Assembly: GCF_018977255.1 (NCBI RefSeq)
Contig: NW_024704742.1
Span: forward strand, 76,758,001-76,822,000
From: Callorhinchus milii
Lineage: Eukaryota
Direction: 5' to 3'
DNA length: 64,000 nucleotides
This document shows positions 51,341 through 62,815 of the stretch, piece after piece (the stretch's first letter is position 1; every line of letters starts with the position of its first letter). The position numbers and the translations under genes were made by a program. The notes under the pieces are model-generated. The model did no database searches. It was not told where the DNA came from and saw only the letters and a program-made list of their open reading frames with translations.

Positions 51341-51430
51341 TTTTACCTGTGGAAACAAAGACCCCGAAACCAAGGGAAGGAGGCCTAAAATGGTGATGGT
51401 GGTGCCCCCTGCACGCTCTGGTGATGAAAG
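51341..51430 (+). CDS. PSIP1: PSIP1 coding exon 7 (AT-hook exon); frameshifted as read, or starting at the alternative acceptor 51361
   Basis: TGCAG/GTAAGC boundaries; VETKTPKPR in one frame and RPKMV in another together match human EVKIPKPRGRPKMV. Confidence 0.8.
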
Positions 51431-51658
51431 GTAAGCAGCCATCGGTCTGAAGGCCTGCCAGGCTTATATACAAATATAGTGGCCAGTCAGTCAATCTTCC
51501 AGTGTTTGAATTTACATCTGTCCTCTTCTACTTAGTACAACTATGGCTGTCTGAAGGACAGCAGCCCAAGCAACCTGAGTGAGGGCAGTCAGATTGTTCT
51601 GAATAAAATCAGACCCTTTGTTTCCGTGGGTAACTTGTTGCTCTTAAAAGGACTCTTT

Positions 51659-51966
51659 GTGGAGTCTTGTAGCTCAGTGGTTAGAGCACTCGCTTTGCAA
51701 GCGAGACACCTGAGTTCAATTCCCGGCACAGGGCGAAACCTTGGGCAAATTTCCTTACTCCACACGCCTAATAATAATCCCTCCAAAAACCCCAAACAAT
51801 AATAAATTGGTCATTTTCAATCTATGACTGTGGGACATTGTGGGTGCAATTGGCTGCCGCGTTCGCCCACAAATATACAGTCAATTCACTTTACAGTGTT
51901 TTCTGTGAAGCGCTTTGGGACGTCCTCCCGACGTGAAAAGCGCTATATCAAATGCAAGTATTATTA
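51659..51966 (+). mobile_element. Young full-length SINE
   Basis: Same head, body and tail as the other copies. Confidence 0.93.
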
Positions 51967-52466
51967 AAATAACCTGTCGCTCTTAATGCTTTGTTAAGGT
52001 TTCCATGTAATGATGCAGTCTTTTTAATAAAAAAAAATTCCCTGCTCCAGCTGATTGCTTCCTCTCCCCCAGCTGGGTGCTGTGCTCTGCCACTGTCAAG
52101 CGTTCTGGGTGGCTTCCCTGCTGAGGGCCACTATATAAATACAAGTTGTTGCCATTGCGTCTATAGAGTGAATAAATGCTGTCTTACTGGCGGGCTGGAG
52201 AATCTGGACCAGGCTGTAGATGGGTGGAACCTCAGAATTGTGATCAGCCCGCACCATCTGTGCACAGCATCTCTCTCAGACTCTGGCCAGAGTGATGTAA
52301 TGCAATAAAAATTGCATGCAAGCTGTTTGACAAACTGATGAACAGTTCCTTTGCTGCTGATCTCAAACGAAAATGTGCAGCCGCATTTAACAGCTAGATA
52401 GTTCTAACGGTTTTGTCAAAACGGCCAGCAAACCTGACCCGATTGCTGTTTTGTGTGCACCACCAG

Positions 52467-52704
52467 TGAGAGTGGCAGGGAAGACAAAGCTGAAGAGAAG
52501 AAAGCGCCAGAGGAAAAACGGAAGAAGCAACCAGAACAGAAGAAAGTGAAGGAAGAAGAAGAAAAGAAAGAGAAGAAAGGTGAGAAACTGAAAAGAGAAC
52601 CAGCTAAAAAGGAACCGAAGAAGGACGTTGAACCCAAGCGGAGGAGGAATGCTAAAGCCAAGTCATCTTCAGAATCTGATGGGGAGGAACCTGAAGATGA
52701 TGAC
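52467..52704 (+). CDS. PSIP1: PSIP1 coding exon 8, Lys/Glu-rich (ESGREDKAEEKK...KKDVEPKRRRNAKAKSSSESDGEEPEDDD)
   Basis: CAG/GTGAGT boundaries, 238 nt, phase 2 to 0; resembles KKEVESKRKNLAK..SDSEEEGDD. Confidence 0.92.
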
Positions 52705-54009
52705 GTGAGTACAATTTAAATAAAGTGCATGAGGAAGCATTTACATGGACTGTACAGCACCGAAATAGGCCATTTGGCCCTATGTAACACTGCCAGTGTT
52801 TATACTCCGCATAAGCCTTTGCCCCTCCTATTCTTCTCACATTTAGCCCTCTATTTCCTTCTCCCTTGTGAATGCATCGACTTTCCTCTCAAATACATTG
52901 ATGTTTTCTGCTTTGGCAAATTCCACGGTTTCACTGACCTCTGTTCCATCTAAACCGCTTTTTGAATCTGCTTGTGCCTATCAAGTATTTATGCCCCATT
53001 TCTCACCAAGTGCTGCTGAGGAACTTCAGCTTCTCTTTCTTTTCCCCGTTCCCCCACAGCAGAAGGGTATTGAGCTCATCTTGCCTATGTCCCACTCACT
53101 CAACTGGAGTTTTCCACTCTAATCCCATTTCCTTGCTCTTCCCCATTAGATCTTCATTCTTTAGGTCTTTTGTAATTGCTTTTTAAATGTTTAAATAACC
53201 TGGCTGAATGGCCACCTGGTGTTCCTTCGCTTCTAAATATAGTAATCGTTGCATATGATACAGCGCCTTATATCACTGAGACATCTCAAAGCGCTTCACA
53301 GGATATACTGTAACGTGGTGTAACTGGGTATGTTGTGGGCGAACACCCCCATGCTTTCAAAGGTGTAAATAAAAAGTTAATAATCTATATCACTGTTTGA
53401 AGTTGTTGTCATGTGGGGGGTTGAAAATTGCCATGAGAGCCTGTAATTGTAGGTAAACAGAACTTTTATCATGAAGTATCTTGTTCAGCAGACTGCTCAG
53501 TATTATTTATTTTTCTATAGCTCTGCCTTCTAATTGTTTCTTTTTCTTTTTTACTTGTTTATAAAATCCTTTTTTTTACCTGCCAGTATTGCCTGATTTG
53601 GCTTTTTTCATTACCACTTTTTCTTTGTTCTATTTTCTATACTACCTTTGCATTATCTCCAAATAAAATTGGTCATGCAATTTCAAGGCTGTTTGTTGAT
53701 ATTGTTGTGTGCAAATTGGATGCTAGTTAGACTTTGAATAAGAGTTGCTAAATTTTACAAAAAAAACATGTGCAGCACTTTAAGACATGTTGGCGTAATG
53801 GATGCTGTATGAAATGCAATGATTGTATATTTGTTGCCGAACCTTTTCTACATTTTTTTTCTCAATTTCTTTATTCATCCAAGGAAGACCAGTTTTTGAT
53901 TAGCCCCTTTACGTTTTGTGGGAATATGTTTAGTTTGCACTTAACCATCCTAATTTTTTAAATTTCCCACTTCCTGACTTGCCAACTTTTCTGCCTATGG
54001 TTTATCTAA

Positions 54010-54375
54010 TTCCTAGATTGATTTCAAGATCCATACACGTGTACAAATCACTTAATACCCTGGTACCTTCCTGTCTCTCAGCTGTTTGGTCCCCACTCCA
54101 CTACCTGCCACCTTTGCTCAGCTGACTCCAGCCTCCTGCACTTTCCTCGTCTCTCTGCTCTACCATAAGCAGCTGTGCTTTCAGCCACTACGCCCGGTGC
54201 TCTGCTTCAATCCCTCTGCCTTGCCTCCTTCCCCGTCTTCAGATCACAGCTGAAGACTTTCTTCTTTGACTGTACCTAGGGTAATTTCTCCCTGGCTTAG
54301 TGTCGTGCTCCGCCACTGTTAAGCACTCCGACATTAACCTGCGTGAAGGGCGCTACATGGATATAAGTTGTTGTT
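54010..54375 (+). mobile_element. Old L2 3' fragment (related fragments at ~14690-15075 -, 32020-32760 +, 43040-43290 +, 55500-55730 +)
   Basis: ttcaagatcc...ctgactccagcctcctgcac...gtgaagggcgcta similarity to the L2 3' end. Confidence 0.7.
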
Positions 54376-54581
54376 TTTCATCTGCATGAAATGTTTTTCT
54401 CCAGTACGGTAGCTTTTATCTTTAACAGTTTGTCTCCTTCTCTTCCCTTTTAAAAGCGTATTTAGTTACGTTGTGGTTGCTGTTTGCTAAATACTCCTCT
54501 TCCCTTACATTTCTTACCATCCCTATCGTTTTTTTCCTCTTCCACCCCAAAAAAACAAATAATATTGCTTTCTATTGAAAG

Positions 54582-54703
54582 GAAGAGGAGAGGAGCAAGA
54601 AAACCAAGTGGAATGCTGCCAACAGGCGCAATCTAATGAAAAAGCAAAATGAGAAGGACCAAGACGAAAAGCTACGCAAAATGGAGGAGAACAAAGATGA
54701 ACA
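54582..54703 (+). CDS. PSIP1: PSIP1 coding exon 9 (EEERSKKTKWNAANRRNLMKKQNEK...DEQ)
   Basis: AAG/GTATGT boundaries, 122 nt; resembles TAHRRNMLKGQHEK. Confidence 0.88.
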
Positions 54704-55328
54704 GTATGTACTGTCTTCTGCTCATTAACGTTTATCTGCGTGTTAGTCAAGTTATGCCTGTGTTGGGTAATGCAGCCTCTGTTGCTGCCCTCTTGGGTCA
54801 GATGTAGCTAACTACAAAATGCAGCGTGCACTTCAGTCTTGCATTTAAGATGTCTTAACTGCCAATCAGAGAGCAGCACTCTGACTGCAAGCAGTTTATT
54901 TCCTTCCCACTCACTCCCACACTTGTTACCCTTATGGTCTCTTTCCTGAGATACACGCCAAGTCAAAATTAAGGCTTTAAGTTGTGGGCTCCTGGAAACT
55001 AGGTTTATGACTGACCAACTTAGTTCATGTGTGGTTATTGAAGCCAACAGAGATTGTCATACTGCTCGGTTAGTCGGTCTTGAAACTGTGGGACTAGTGT
55101 GTACAAATATAAATTCACACCAGAACTGTGCACTGTTGCCACTTTTTTTGCAGACTGAAATAAAAACTAATAAGTTCTAAATGAGGGAATTTGGGGCTGC
55201 GGTGATCCTGTCTTCACTACAGTACTTTGAGATTACGTGGAGATGGTGCCACTTTTGCTGCTTTTTTTTTCCTCTTGTGTCCAATTATAAGAAATTGTTA
55301 CACCACTTTGGGTCATACTTTTGTCTAG

Positions 55329-55399
55329 GCAACCCAAAGAGGATAAAGAAGGAAAGATAGATGAAAAGCTGAACTTCAAGAAAATAGAAAAGAAAAGAG
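55329..55399 (+). CDS. PSIP1: PSIP1 coding exon 10 (QPKEDKEGKIDEKLNFKKIEKKR)
   Basis: CTAG/GTTGG boundaries, 71 nt, phase 2 to 1; resembles KKVEKKR. Confidence 0.88.
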
Positions 55400-55813
55400 G
55401 TTGGACAACTTCTGTTTTTATGCCCTGGCTCCTCCCTACCTCTCTTCCTTGTTTACACCCCACTCCCCTATCCTTCCCCTTTGCTCCAGCCTCCTTCACT
55501 ACCCTTGTCCTCTCTACTTCACCATGCTTTCAGCACTGCCCTGAGACTTTGAAACACGGCCTCAATCCCTCCACCTTACTCCCCCCCCCATCCGTCTTCA
55601 GATCTAGCTGAAGATCTTCTTCTTCGACCGTGTCTATGGTCATCTCTCCCCAGCTCGGCGTCAAGCTCCGCCACCGTTAAGCGCTCCATGATGTTACCCT
55701 GTGTGAAGGGCGCGATATAAAAGCAAGTTCATGTTTTTTTTTGCAAGTTATTACCTTGCTGTAAAATGACAATGTTACAATTTATTTAACCAGTCATTGT
55801 TTTACTTTTGCAG

Positions 55814-55884
55814 AAATGTCAATGGAATCCAGGCTTCATAAGTTGCATGGGGAAATTAAACTTTCGCTAAAGATTGACAAACCT
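55814..55884 (+). CDS. PSIP1: PSIP1 coding exon 11, IBD (EMSMESRLHKLHGEIKLSLKIDKP)
   Basis: GCAG/GTGAGT boundaries, 71 nt; resembles [20 protein letters not shown]. Confidence 0.95.
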
Positions 55885-56887
55885 GTGAGTATGCTATGCA
55901 CTGATGTAGTTTGGCGCGAAGTTGATGCTTCCCATGTATTTTTAATATTGAAGAAAGATCCAAATTTCTATTAAAGTAATTGTGGAGACTTAATTCTCCA
56001 GCAAAGGAAATGGTTGATAACTTGATCTGATCGATTTGAGTTATCTTAATAGGTTTGTTTGAACCTCCTTTATTTTCAAAAATAAGCAATCTCCAGACTG
56101 TGCGTGATCAAACTGGATAGATATTAAATCAGTATATTTTCTTTATATAAAGCATTTCATAGCACAGTGTTTGATATCAGAAAGGGAATATTATTAAAAG
56201 TAGATACAAGGGTAAGCTTTCATTTTCCATAGTGTTGCATATGTTTCCAGATTTTCATTTTCTGAATAGTAAAATGTTGGCTTCTAGTTTCAGAATTCAT
56301 TTTGCTTTCACACAATGTTCAGTTGAAAAGATAGCTCTGGTCAGTTTGAACTTAGGCCTCAATCAATGCTGGTGGCCCCAATTCTAGAATTGTAAATCTT
56401 TCCACAGGTCCTTTCCAGTGATTGACCCCCCCCCCCCCCCCATGAACTGGGTTTGTGTTGTCTCCTGATCTTTCTGAGAGGTTGTCTACTTGCCAATGGA
56501 GGCTTAAATGCTCATCCTGGTTGACATCCTCACATAAGTCTCTGGATAGTTATTGGCTTGAGAAAGCTTCAAATCCAATGGCCACAATCAATGCGAACCC
56601 TCAAATCCTTTATAACCAAGATAGTAGATCCAATTCAGGCTCGGGTTGCTCCAATTGTGCGTTGTAGTTTGTACATGTGTATATTTAATGTACATACTAA
56701 GTAAATAACAGGATTCACAACCCCATTGGGCTATGAATAAACTTACGATGGAATTTATTTTATGTGTTTCTTGTGTAATAACCATGGAGAAAATGTGTGA
56801 TTTTTATTGTTCCATTCAGCAATTAAGTGCTTTTAACTCTAGATGCAAAACTGATGCAGTATCTTTCTCTTTGTGTTTATTTTGCAG

Positions 56888-56989
56888 GATGTGAAGAAGT
56901 GTATTGAAGCCTTAGATGAACTTGCATCTCTCCAAGTTACCCCACAACACCTGCAGAAACATAGTGAACTGATTGCAACGCTGAAAAAG
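56888..56989 (+). CDS. PSIP1: PSIP1 coding exon 12, IBD ([34 protein letters not shown])
   Basis: GCAG/GTTAG boundaries, 102 nt; [14 protein letters not shown] as in LEDGF. Confidence 0.96.
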
Positions 56990-57658
56990 GTTAGGTTTGA
57001 CAAGAAGTTACTTAAGTGAGATATTAAAATGTCTTGGTATTTTAGTTTCTCCTTTTCTCTCTGGTGACCAAATTAATATTGGTGTACAATTCCACAGTAT
57101 GTTTATGCAAGTGGTCATGTGTGAGGCTGAACTGTAAATAGAATATTTGACTGTAGGACAGAACCTGTACTCTGACATTCTCTGTATTTGCACCTGCAAA
57201 GAGGTTAAACCAAGCCAGGAGTTGGAATCCTGATCACTGGTTTGGGTTCCCATCCTCCAGGAGTTGCTGAGAGCAGGTATAATGTTTTCCTAGCTGGATC
57301 AGGCTAATTTACAGAGTCCAAAAATTGAGCGTGAGACTATGTGGCTCGTTTTCAAATCACACTACATTCTCTTTTCGAATGGTGCCGTGGGATCTTTGAC
57401 TTCCATCTGAACAAATAGAGAGGATTTCAATTTAACATCTCATCCATAGGACAGCACCTCCAAACATGCAGCCCCCCCCTCTGCACTGAATTTAATATCA
57501 GTTCAGACTCGGTATCAGTTCAAAGTACTAACTCAGGGCTTGAACCCACAACAATCTGACCCTAAGCAAGAGTCCTACTGACTGAGCCACTGTGACCAGG
57601 AAGTGTCGAAACTACAAAAGACAGAATGGCCATTTGGGTTTGTTTCGAAGTATGACCA

Positions 57659-57981
57659 GTAATAATAATAATCCTTGCATTTGATATAGCGCTTTTCACG
57701 TCGGGAGGACGTCCCAAAGCGCTTCACAGAACACACTGTAAAGTGAATTGACTGTATATTTGTGGGCGAAGAGGGCAGCCAATTGCGCACAGCAATGTCC
57801 CACAAACCGTCGCAGATTGAAAATGACCAATTTATTATTGTTTTGGGGTTTTTTGGAGGGATTATTATTAGGCTCTGTGTGGAGTAAGGAAACTTGCCCA
57901 AGGTTTCGCCCTGCCTGGAATTGAACTCAGGTCTCTCGCTTGCAAAGCGAGTGCTCTAACCACTGAGCTACAGGACTCCAC
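57659..57981 (-). mobile_element. Young full-length SINE
   Basis: Same head, body and tail as the other copies. Confidence 0.93.
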
Positions 57982-58652
57982 AGTAGTTCTTGTTCTATCT
58001 TCCAGTGGTGGGAGATCCTGGAGTGTTACCCTTGACTAAGTCCAAATGTGAGAATTGAACCCCTCAGACACTGAGGCGACAGTGCTACCAACTGAGCTAG
58101 GCCGATGCCTTTTATTTACTGAGCCACTTTTTGTGGGTGTTTACTGAGTAAATATGCAGAAAAGTAGGCGGGCTAAATTGAATCATACTTATTCTATTAG
58201 ATTCCACCTATTTAAAGACAACTTTTTTTTTCTGTGTTGCGCCTACATGGGATGAGATGAATTTATTCTTGTATGTTTGGCATAAACAGCTGAAAGTAGA
58301 AGTAACTAACTGTCGAAGCAGAATTGTCTGGTTCTGACCTGATTGTGTGAGGGCCTGGTTTCTATTGAAGCAATAATTAATAACAGAACGGAGAATGGAG
58401 TGCAAAATTCTTAACAGAAATCATCACGTACATTAAATCTCGACGCTGGAAGTTGCTCGTAGAATGGAAAGATTTGAGGGCAAACTTGCAAAAACAGGAT
58501 CCTCATTGCAGAATGCATATGCCATGCGTTAACTATGTTTAAACTTGTCAAGCACTGAGGACACGGGGAGGAGAAGCAGTGTGTGAAGCTTCAATAATGT
58601 TCTGCATCTGCAAAATGTTCAGTTTCAATTCACTCATCTCCTCTCACTACAG

Positions 58653-58884
58653 ATTCGACACTACAAAGCCAGTCAGGATATCATGTTCAAGGCGGATATG
58701 ATCTACAACAAATTCAAATCTATGTTCTTGGTTGGAGAAGGTGATTCAGTGATCACGCAAGTACTCAATAAATCTCTGGCGGAACAACGACAGCATGAAG
58801 AGGCGGTCCGAGCTCGAGAACAAGAAAGAAAGGCCGATTTGATGGAGACTAACAAGAAAGATAATGCGGAGGAACAAGCGTCAG
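58653..58884 (+). CDS. PSIP1: PSIP1 coding exon 13 (IRHYKASQDIMFKADMIYNKFKSMFLVGEGDSVITQVLNKSLAEQRQHEEA...)
   Basis: ACAG/GTAGG boundaries, 232 nt; MFLVGEGDSVITQVLNKSLAEQRQHEEA is diagnostic of PSIP1. Confidence 0.97.
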
Positions 58885-59469
58885 GTAGGGTTGCTCTTGT
58901 CTTTTCCCCTTACCCATCCGATTCTGAGTCAACTGCAACAACAAAATTACATTTGTATAGCGCCTTTCACGTTGGGAGGACGTCTCAAAGCGCTGGACAG
59001 ACAGTTATGGACCTGAGCTGGGGGAGCTTTTTTTTTAAAAAAATGCAGTTCTTTGAATTAAAATGCTCTTTCCCAACTTCCTCTCCCCACACAGTTCTGA
59101 TGACATTTTGTTGGGAATAACATTCATCCCTCTGCAGCAATTGGGCATATTGATTAGTACTAGAAGTTATTCATAATTGGACTGTGATCGCACACCTTCA
59201 CGTGAGGGGAGGATATTGCTGGTAGTTGTTGGCCACATCTCTGGTCTCTGGTTTTCATAATAAGGAATTGTTGCTAGCTGCTTTGGGCATTGATGTACCT
59301 AAGTTTAGCTATGGAACTGTTTTACTACATTGTGCATTGTCTTTGTAAGTTTTATTTTTAAAAAAAAAACTTTGTAATTTGTAGTTGTGTGCAAAACCAA
59401 AATGATTTAAGTTCTGGAGGAATCCCACTGATGCGACTTGTAACAATGGGCTTTGTGTTTTACTATCAG

Positions 59470-59608
59470 ACCCTCAGGCAGTGAATGGTGAAGTCGTATC
59501 CCAAGAGGCAGAGAACGGGCACTCGTTGAAAGGAGTCGAGGGTCAGCAGGTGGCTGGAGATGAGAAGAAGAAGAGGGGCCAGGACGGGCTACAGTCAGCA
59601 CAAAATAG
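59470..59608 (+). CDS. PSIP1: PSIP1 coding exon 14 (DPQAVNGEVVSQEAENGH...QSAQNR)
   Basis: TCAG/GTGAGT boundaries, 139 nt, phase 1 to 2, open frame. Confidence 0.85.
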
Positions 59609-60420
59609 GTGAGTATGCTGAGGGGAAACGACTGAGCTTCACCACAAGGAATTTGCCTACGTAGATCTTCAGTTTCTTTGCTTTCATGCCAGTTGCATGG
59701 ACCGGATGGGAACCATTCCCATCTCGTATCTTGTCCACAGCCCTTTATAAATCAGCATGTTAGCTGATGAGCCTTGTGTACAGGGATACATAGGGATGCT
59801 CACCTGTACTTTGAAGGACGTTGTCCTGGGCATTTGTAGGTTTAACCTGCACAGAAGCCTCATCAAAATCATGAGGGCAAGTTAACCGTGAGGAATATCA
59901 GGACTCGGCAAATGAATACCTTTCCACTCTTAATATAATATTGAATGTAATTCATATATATATATATATCAGTTTGGCCTAGAATGGCCAGTGGGCTCAG
60001 TGCATTGCAGTCCTGTTTGTAAAACACTGGCATAAATTGTGTTTTCTGTTCAGGTGCTATCTTGCAAACTTCTGCAATATGCCAAGTCCAGCTTCAGGTC
60101 TAACCTGTTGGACCACTTCAGTTCTCTGAATTGTCTTTAGATATTCAAATATTCCAGATGAGAAATCATCTTTACCAGAGAGTGTTTGCAGTGGCAAGAT
60201 GAGCAATTTTACCTAGTTAAGCTCCAGCGTTACCCCCATTGCACATTCTGGAGTCAGTAGTTTGATAACCTTAAATATGGTAATGGCTTTCAGCGAGCAC
60301 CGACACCCAGCTGAAATGCACACTTTTCAGTATTCCATCCGTTTATGGTAAAACATCCAATCCTTGATCTTAAAGTAGTGTCTGTGACATGACGTGATGT
60401 GGATATTTTGTTCACTTTAG

Positions 60421-60517
60421 GGAGCTGGATCTACCAGATTCCTCACAATCAGCAAAGCAGCTAGCAGCTGAAGCTGAAGTCAGTCAAACAGCGAGGGCAG
60501 CAGCCACTGAACACTGA
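60421..60517 (+). CDS. PSIP1: PSIP1 last coding exon (ELDLPDSSQSAKQLAAEAEVSQTARAAATEH*)
   Basis: TTTAG acceptor, phase-compatible, TGA at 60515-60517, followed by U-rich 3'UTR-like sequence. Confidence 0.78.
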
Positions 60518-61325
60518 GCAGCCTCGACAGGCACAGTCAGCACTAGTTTTTAGAAATGGAGAGCGTGGCATACAAGTTTGGTTTGTTTGTTCTTGTATTT
60601 TGTAACTGTTCTCAAACGGCTGATAACTCCGGTTTGATATGTAGAGAATTTGCTTTTTTTAAAAAAAATCACAACCCCTGGACATCAGTGAAACCCCTTT
60701 TTTTTAAAAAAAAGCACATGGCAGTATACAGCCACGGCATAGATGTACATTTTCTTTTTTTTTAATGTTCTATATAATGGTGATTAGTAGGTGGTGGCTT
60801 TTTTCCCCAAAATGTGTATAGCATTTCTGTGGTTTTATGTTTTTTATTTTGATAGGATGTATCTTCATTTTTTTGTCCTAATTAACCAGTTATGCCAAAT
60901 CTGCTTTAACGCCAAATATTTCAATTGATCTTAGATTCTTTTTTCCTGCATGTTGGATTTGCAGGTAGTATTGTATTGTAAACCAACATTCATGTTTGTT
61001 TTATTAAAATAAGTCCTTTTATACTTGTTTGGTTATAGTTGATATTTCCCAAATACATCCATTATATTAGTTTTTCTTTTAACGACCTGTAAAGGTCCTA
61101 TGCAGAAGATGCATTTTCAAATTGTAATCGTAAACTAACAAGAGTTCTGAATTGCTTTTTATTTTTTTATACTAGATCTGTCTTTGTACTACTAAATTCT
61201 TCCACTCCAGGTGAACTTTAGAAGTGCTTATGTGTGGCAGTTTGCTTCAGCTGTATGGGGAGGATTTAGGCCTTGAACTTTGCTGTAAACTTGCACCAAA
61301 TAAATGTTTGCTTCATTAACAGCAA
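60518..61325 (+). other. PSIP1: Probable PSIP1 3'UTR with polyA signals ATTAAA (61003) and AATAAA (61299)
   Basis: Repeat-free U-rich stretch after the stop codon with two hexamers. Confidence 0.6.
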
Positions 61326-61469
61326 TTAGTTGATCTTTCATTTTAAAAAATACTAATTGGACTTGGTTAATGGTTGTTGGTAAACTCTTGGGCTAATTAC
61401 AAATGCATAAATTAATTAGGTTAATTACAAATGCATCCATGTGATAAGGAGCTATGATTACCATGTTTC

Positions 61470-62815
61470 TTCACGCCTAAGGCGTGGACTTCAATGTCCT
61501 CCACTCCTTCCTAAACCTCACCCTCCACATCAACTTGCTGACCCACAACCGTGGCCACCTCCTCGACTTCGTCATCATACATGGCTCAGCACCTTGGGAC
61601 GTCCTCCGGAAGTGAAAGAAACTATACAAATGTAATCTTGTTGTCTATCAGGGACAAGGCCATCTTGGACCACTTCCTCATCTCCCTCTTCTCCCACACC
61701 CCCTCTCTTCCAAGCCTTCCACACCATCTCTTTCCAACCCTGGAAAAAGCTTTCCCCTGAGTCCGACACAAATGCCCTCTCTTCCTCAGACCTCCTCTCT
61801 TTCTGGCCCTCCACCTGCAGTGATCCTAATAATAATCCCTCCAAAACAAAATAATAATAAATTTATCATTTTCAATCCACGACTGTTTGTGGGACACTGC
61901 TGTGTGCAAATGGCTGCCGCTTTTCGCCCACAAATATACGGTCAATTCACTTTACAGCATATTCTGTGAAGTGCTTTGAGACGTCTAGAAGATATGAAAA
62001 GCGCTATATCAAATGCAAGGGTTATTATTATTATCCTGATGCAGCCATCAAGCTGCTGAATGACCGTCTCTCCAATTCCCTGGCTCCCCCAAAGTCCAGG
62101 GCTGTTTACAAACCCACCAACTCCCACTGGTACAACAGTCATCCCCGCTCACTCAAAATAAACACATGGCAGAAATCCAGCCTCACGATTCACCGCCATA
62201 TATATGCGGATGACACAAATCTACTTTGCTTCCTCCAGTACCAACTCCAGGTCCGCCAATGTTCTATTAACTTGTCTGGCAGACATCAGGGCCTGGATGA
62301 GTGTAAACTTCCTGCAGCTGAATATGCACAAGATGGAAGCCATACTTGGTTCCCGTCAACATCTTCACTCCTACGAATCTAAACTCCTCAACCTCTCTAG
62401 GCTCTCCCTCAGACTCACCGAACCAGTGCACAACGTAGATGTCTGGTTTGACCCCCAACTGTCCTTCCTCTCCCACATCCAGTCCCTGAATAGGACTGTT
62501 TTTTTTCACCTGTGCCACATTGCCTGCCTCCTACCTTACCTTACTCCAAATGCAGCTGAAACCCTCTTGCATGTGTTTGTCACCTCCCGTCTGGCTTACT
62601 CCCACCACCTTGCCAGTCTCCCCAGCTCCACCGTTCACAAGATCCAGCTCATTCAGAACTCCAGCCCACATACTGACCCGGACCCACATCTCATCAGTTC
62701 TGGCCAGGCTCCACTGGTTCCCCATCGCTGAATGGATTGACTTGAAGATCTTCACTCTCGTGTTCAAATCCATTCACTTCCTGGCACCTCCCTACCGTTC
62801 CTCTTCTGTGGCTTT
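61470..62815 (+). mobile_element. Decayed L2 LINE with a nested L2 tail (~61590-61645) and SINE 3' half (~61825-62035)
   Basis: Similar to the endonuclease region of the 11361-14188 copy; YADDT and NFLQLN motifs. Confidence 0.85.

Noticed and set aside
51661..51735. tRNA-Ala(TGC)-like cloverleaf (also at 22893, 25040-25110, 32310, 57910-57980)
   Set aside because: Always fused to the same SINE body and tail; it is the SINE head, not a tRNA gene
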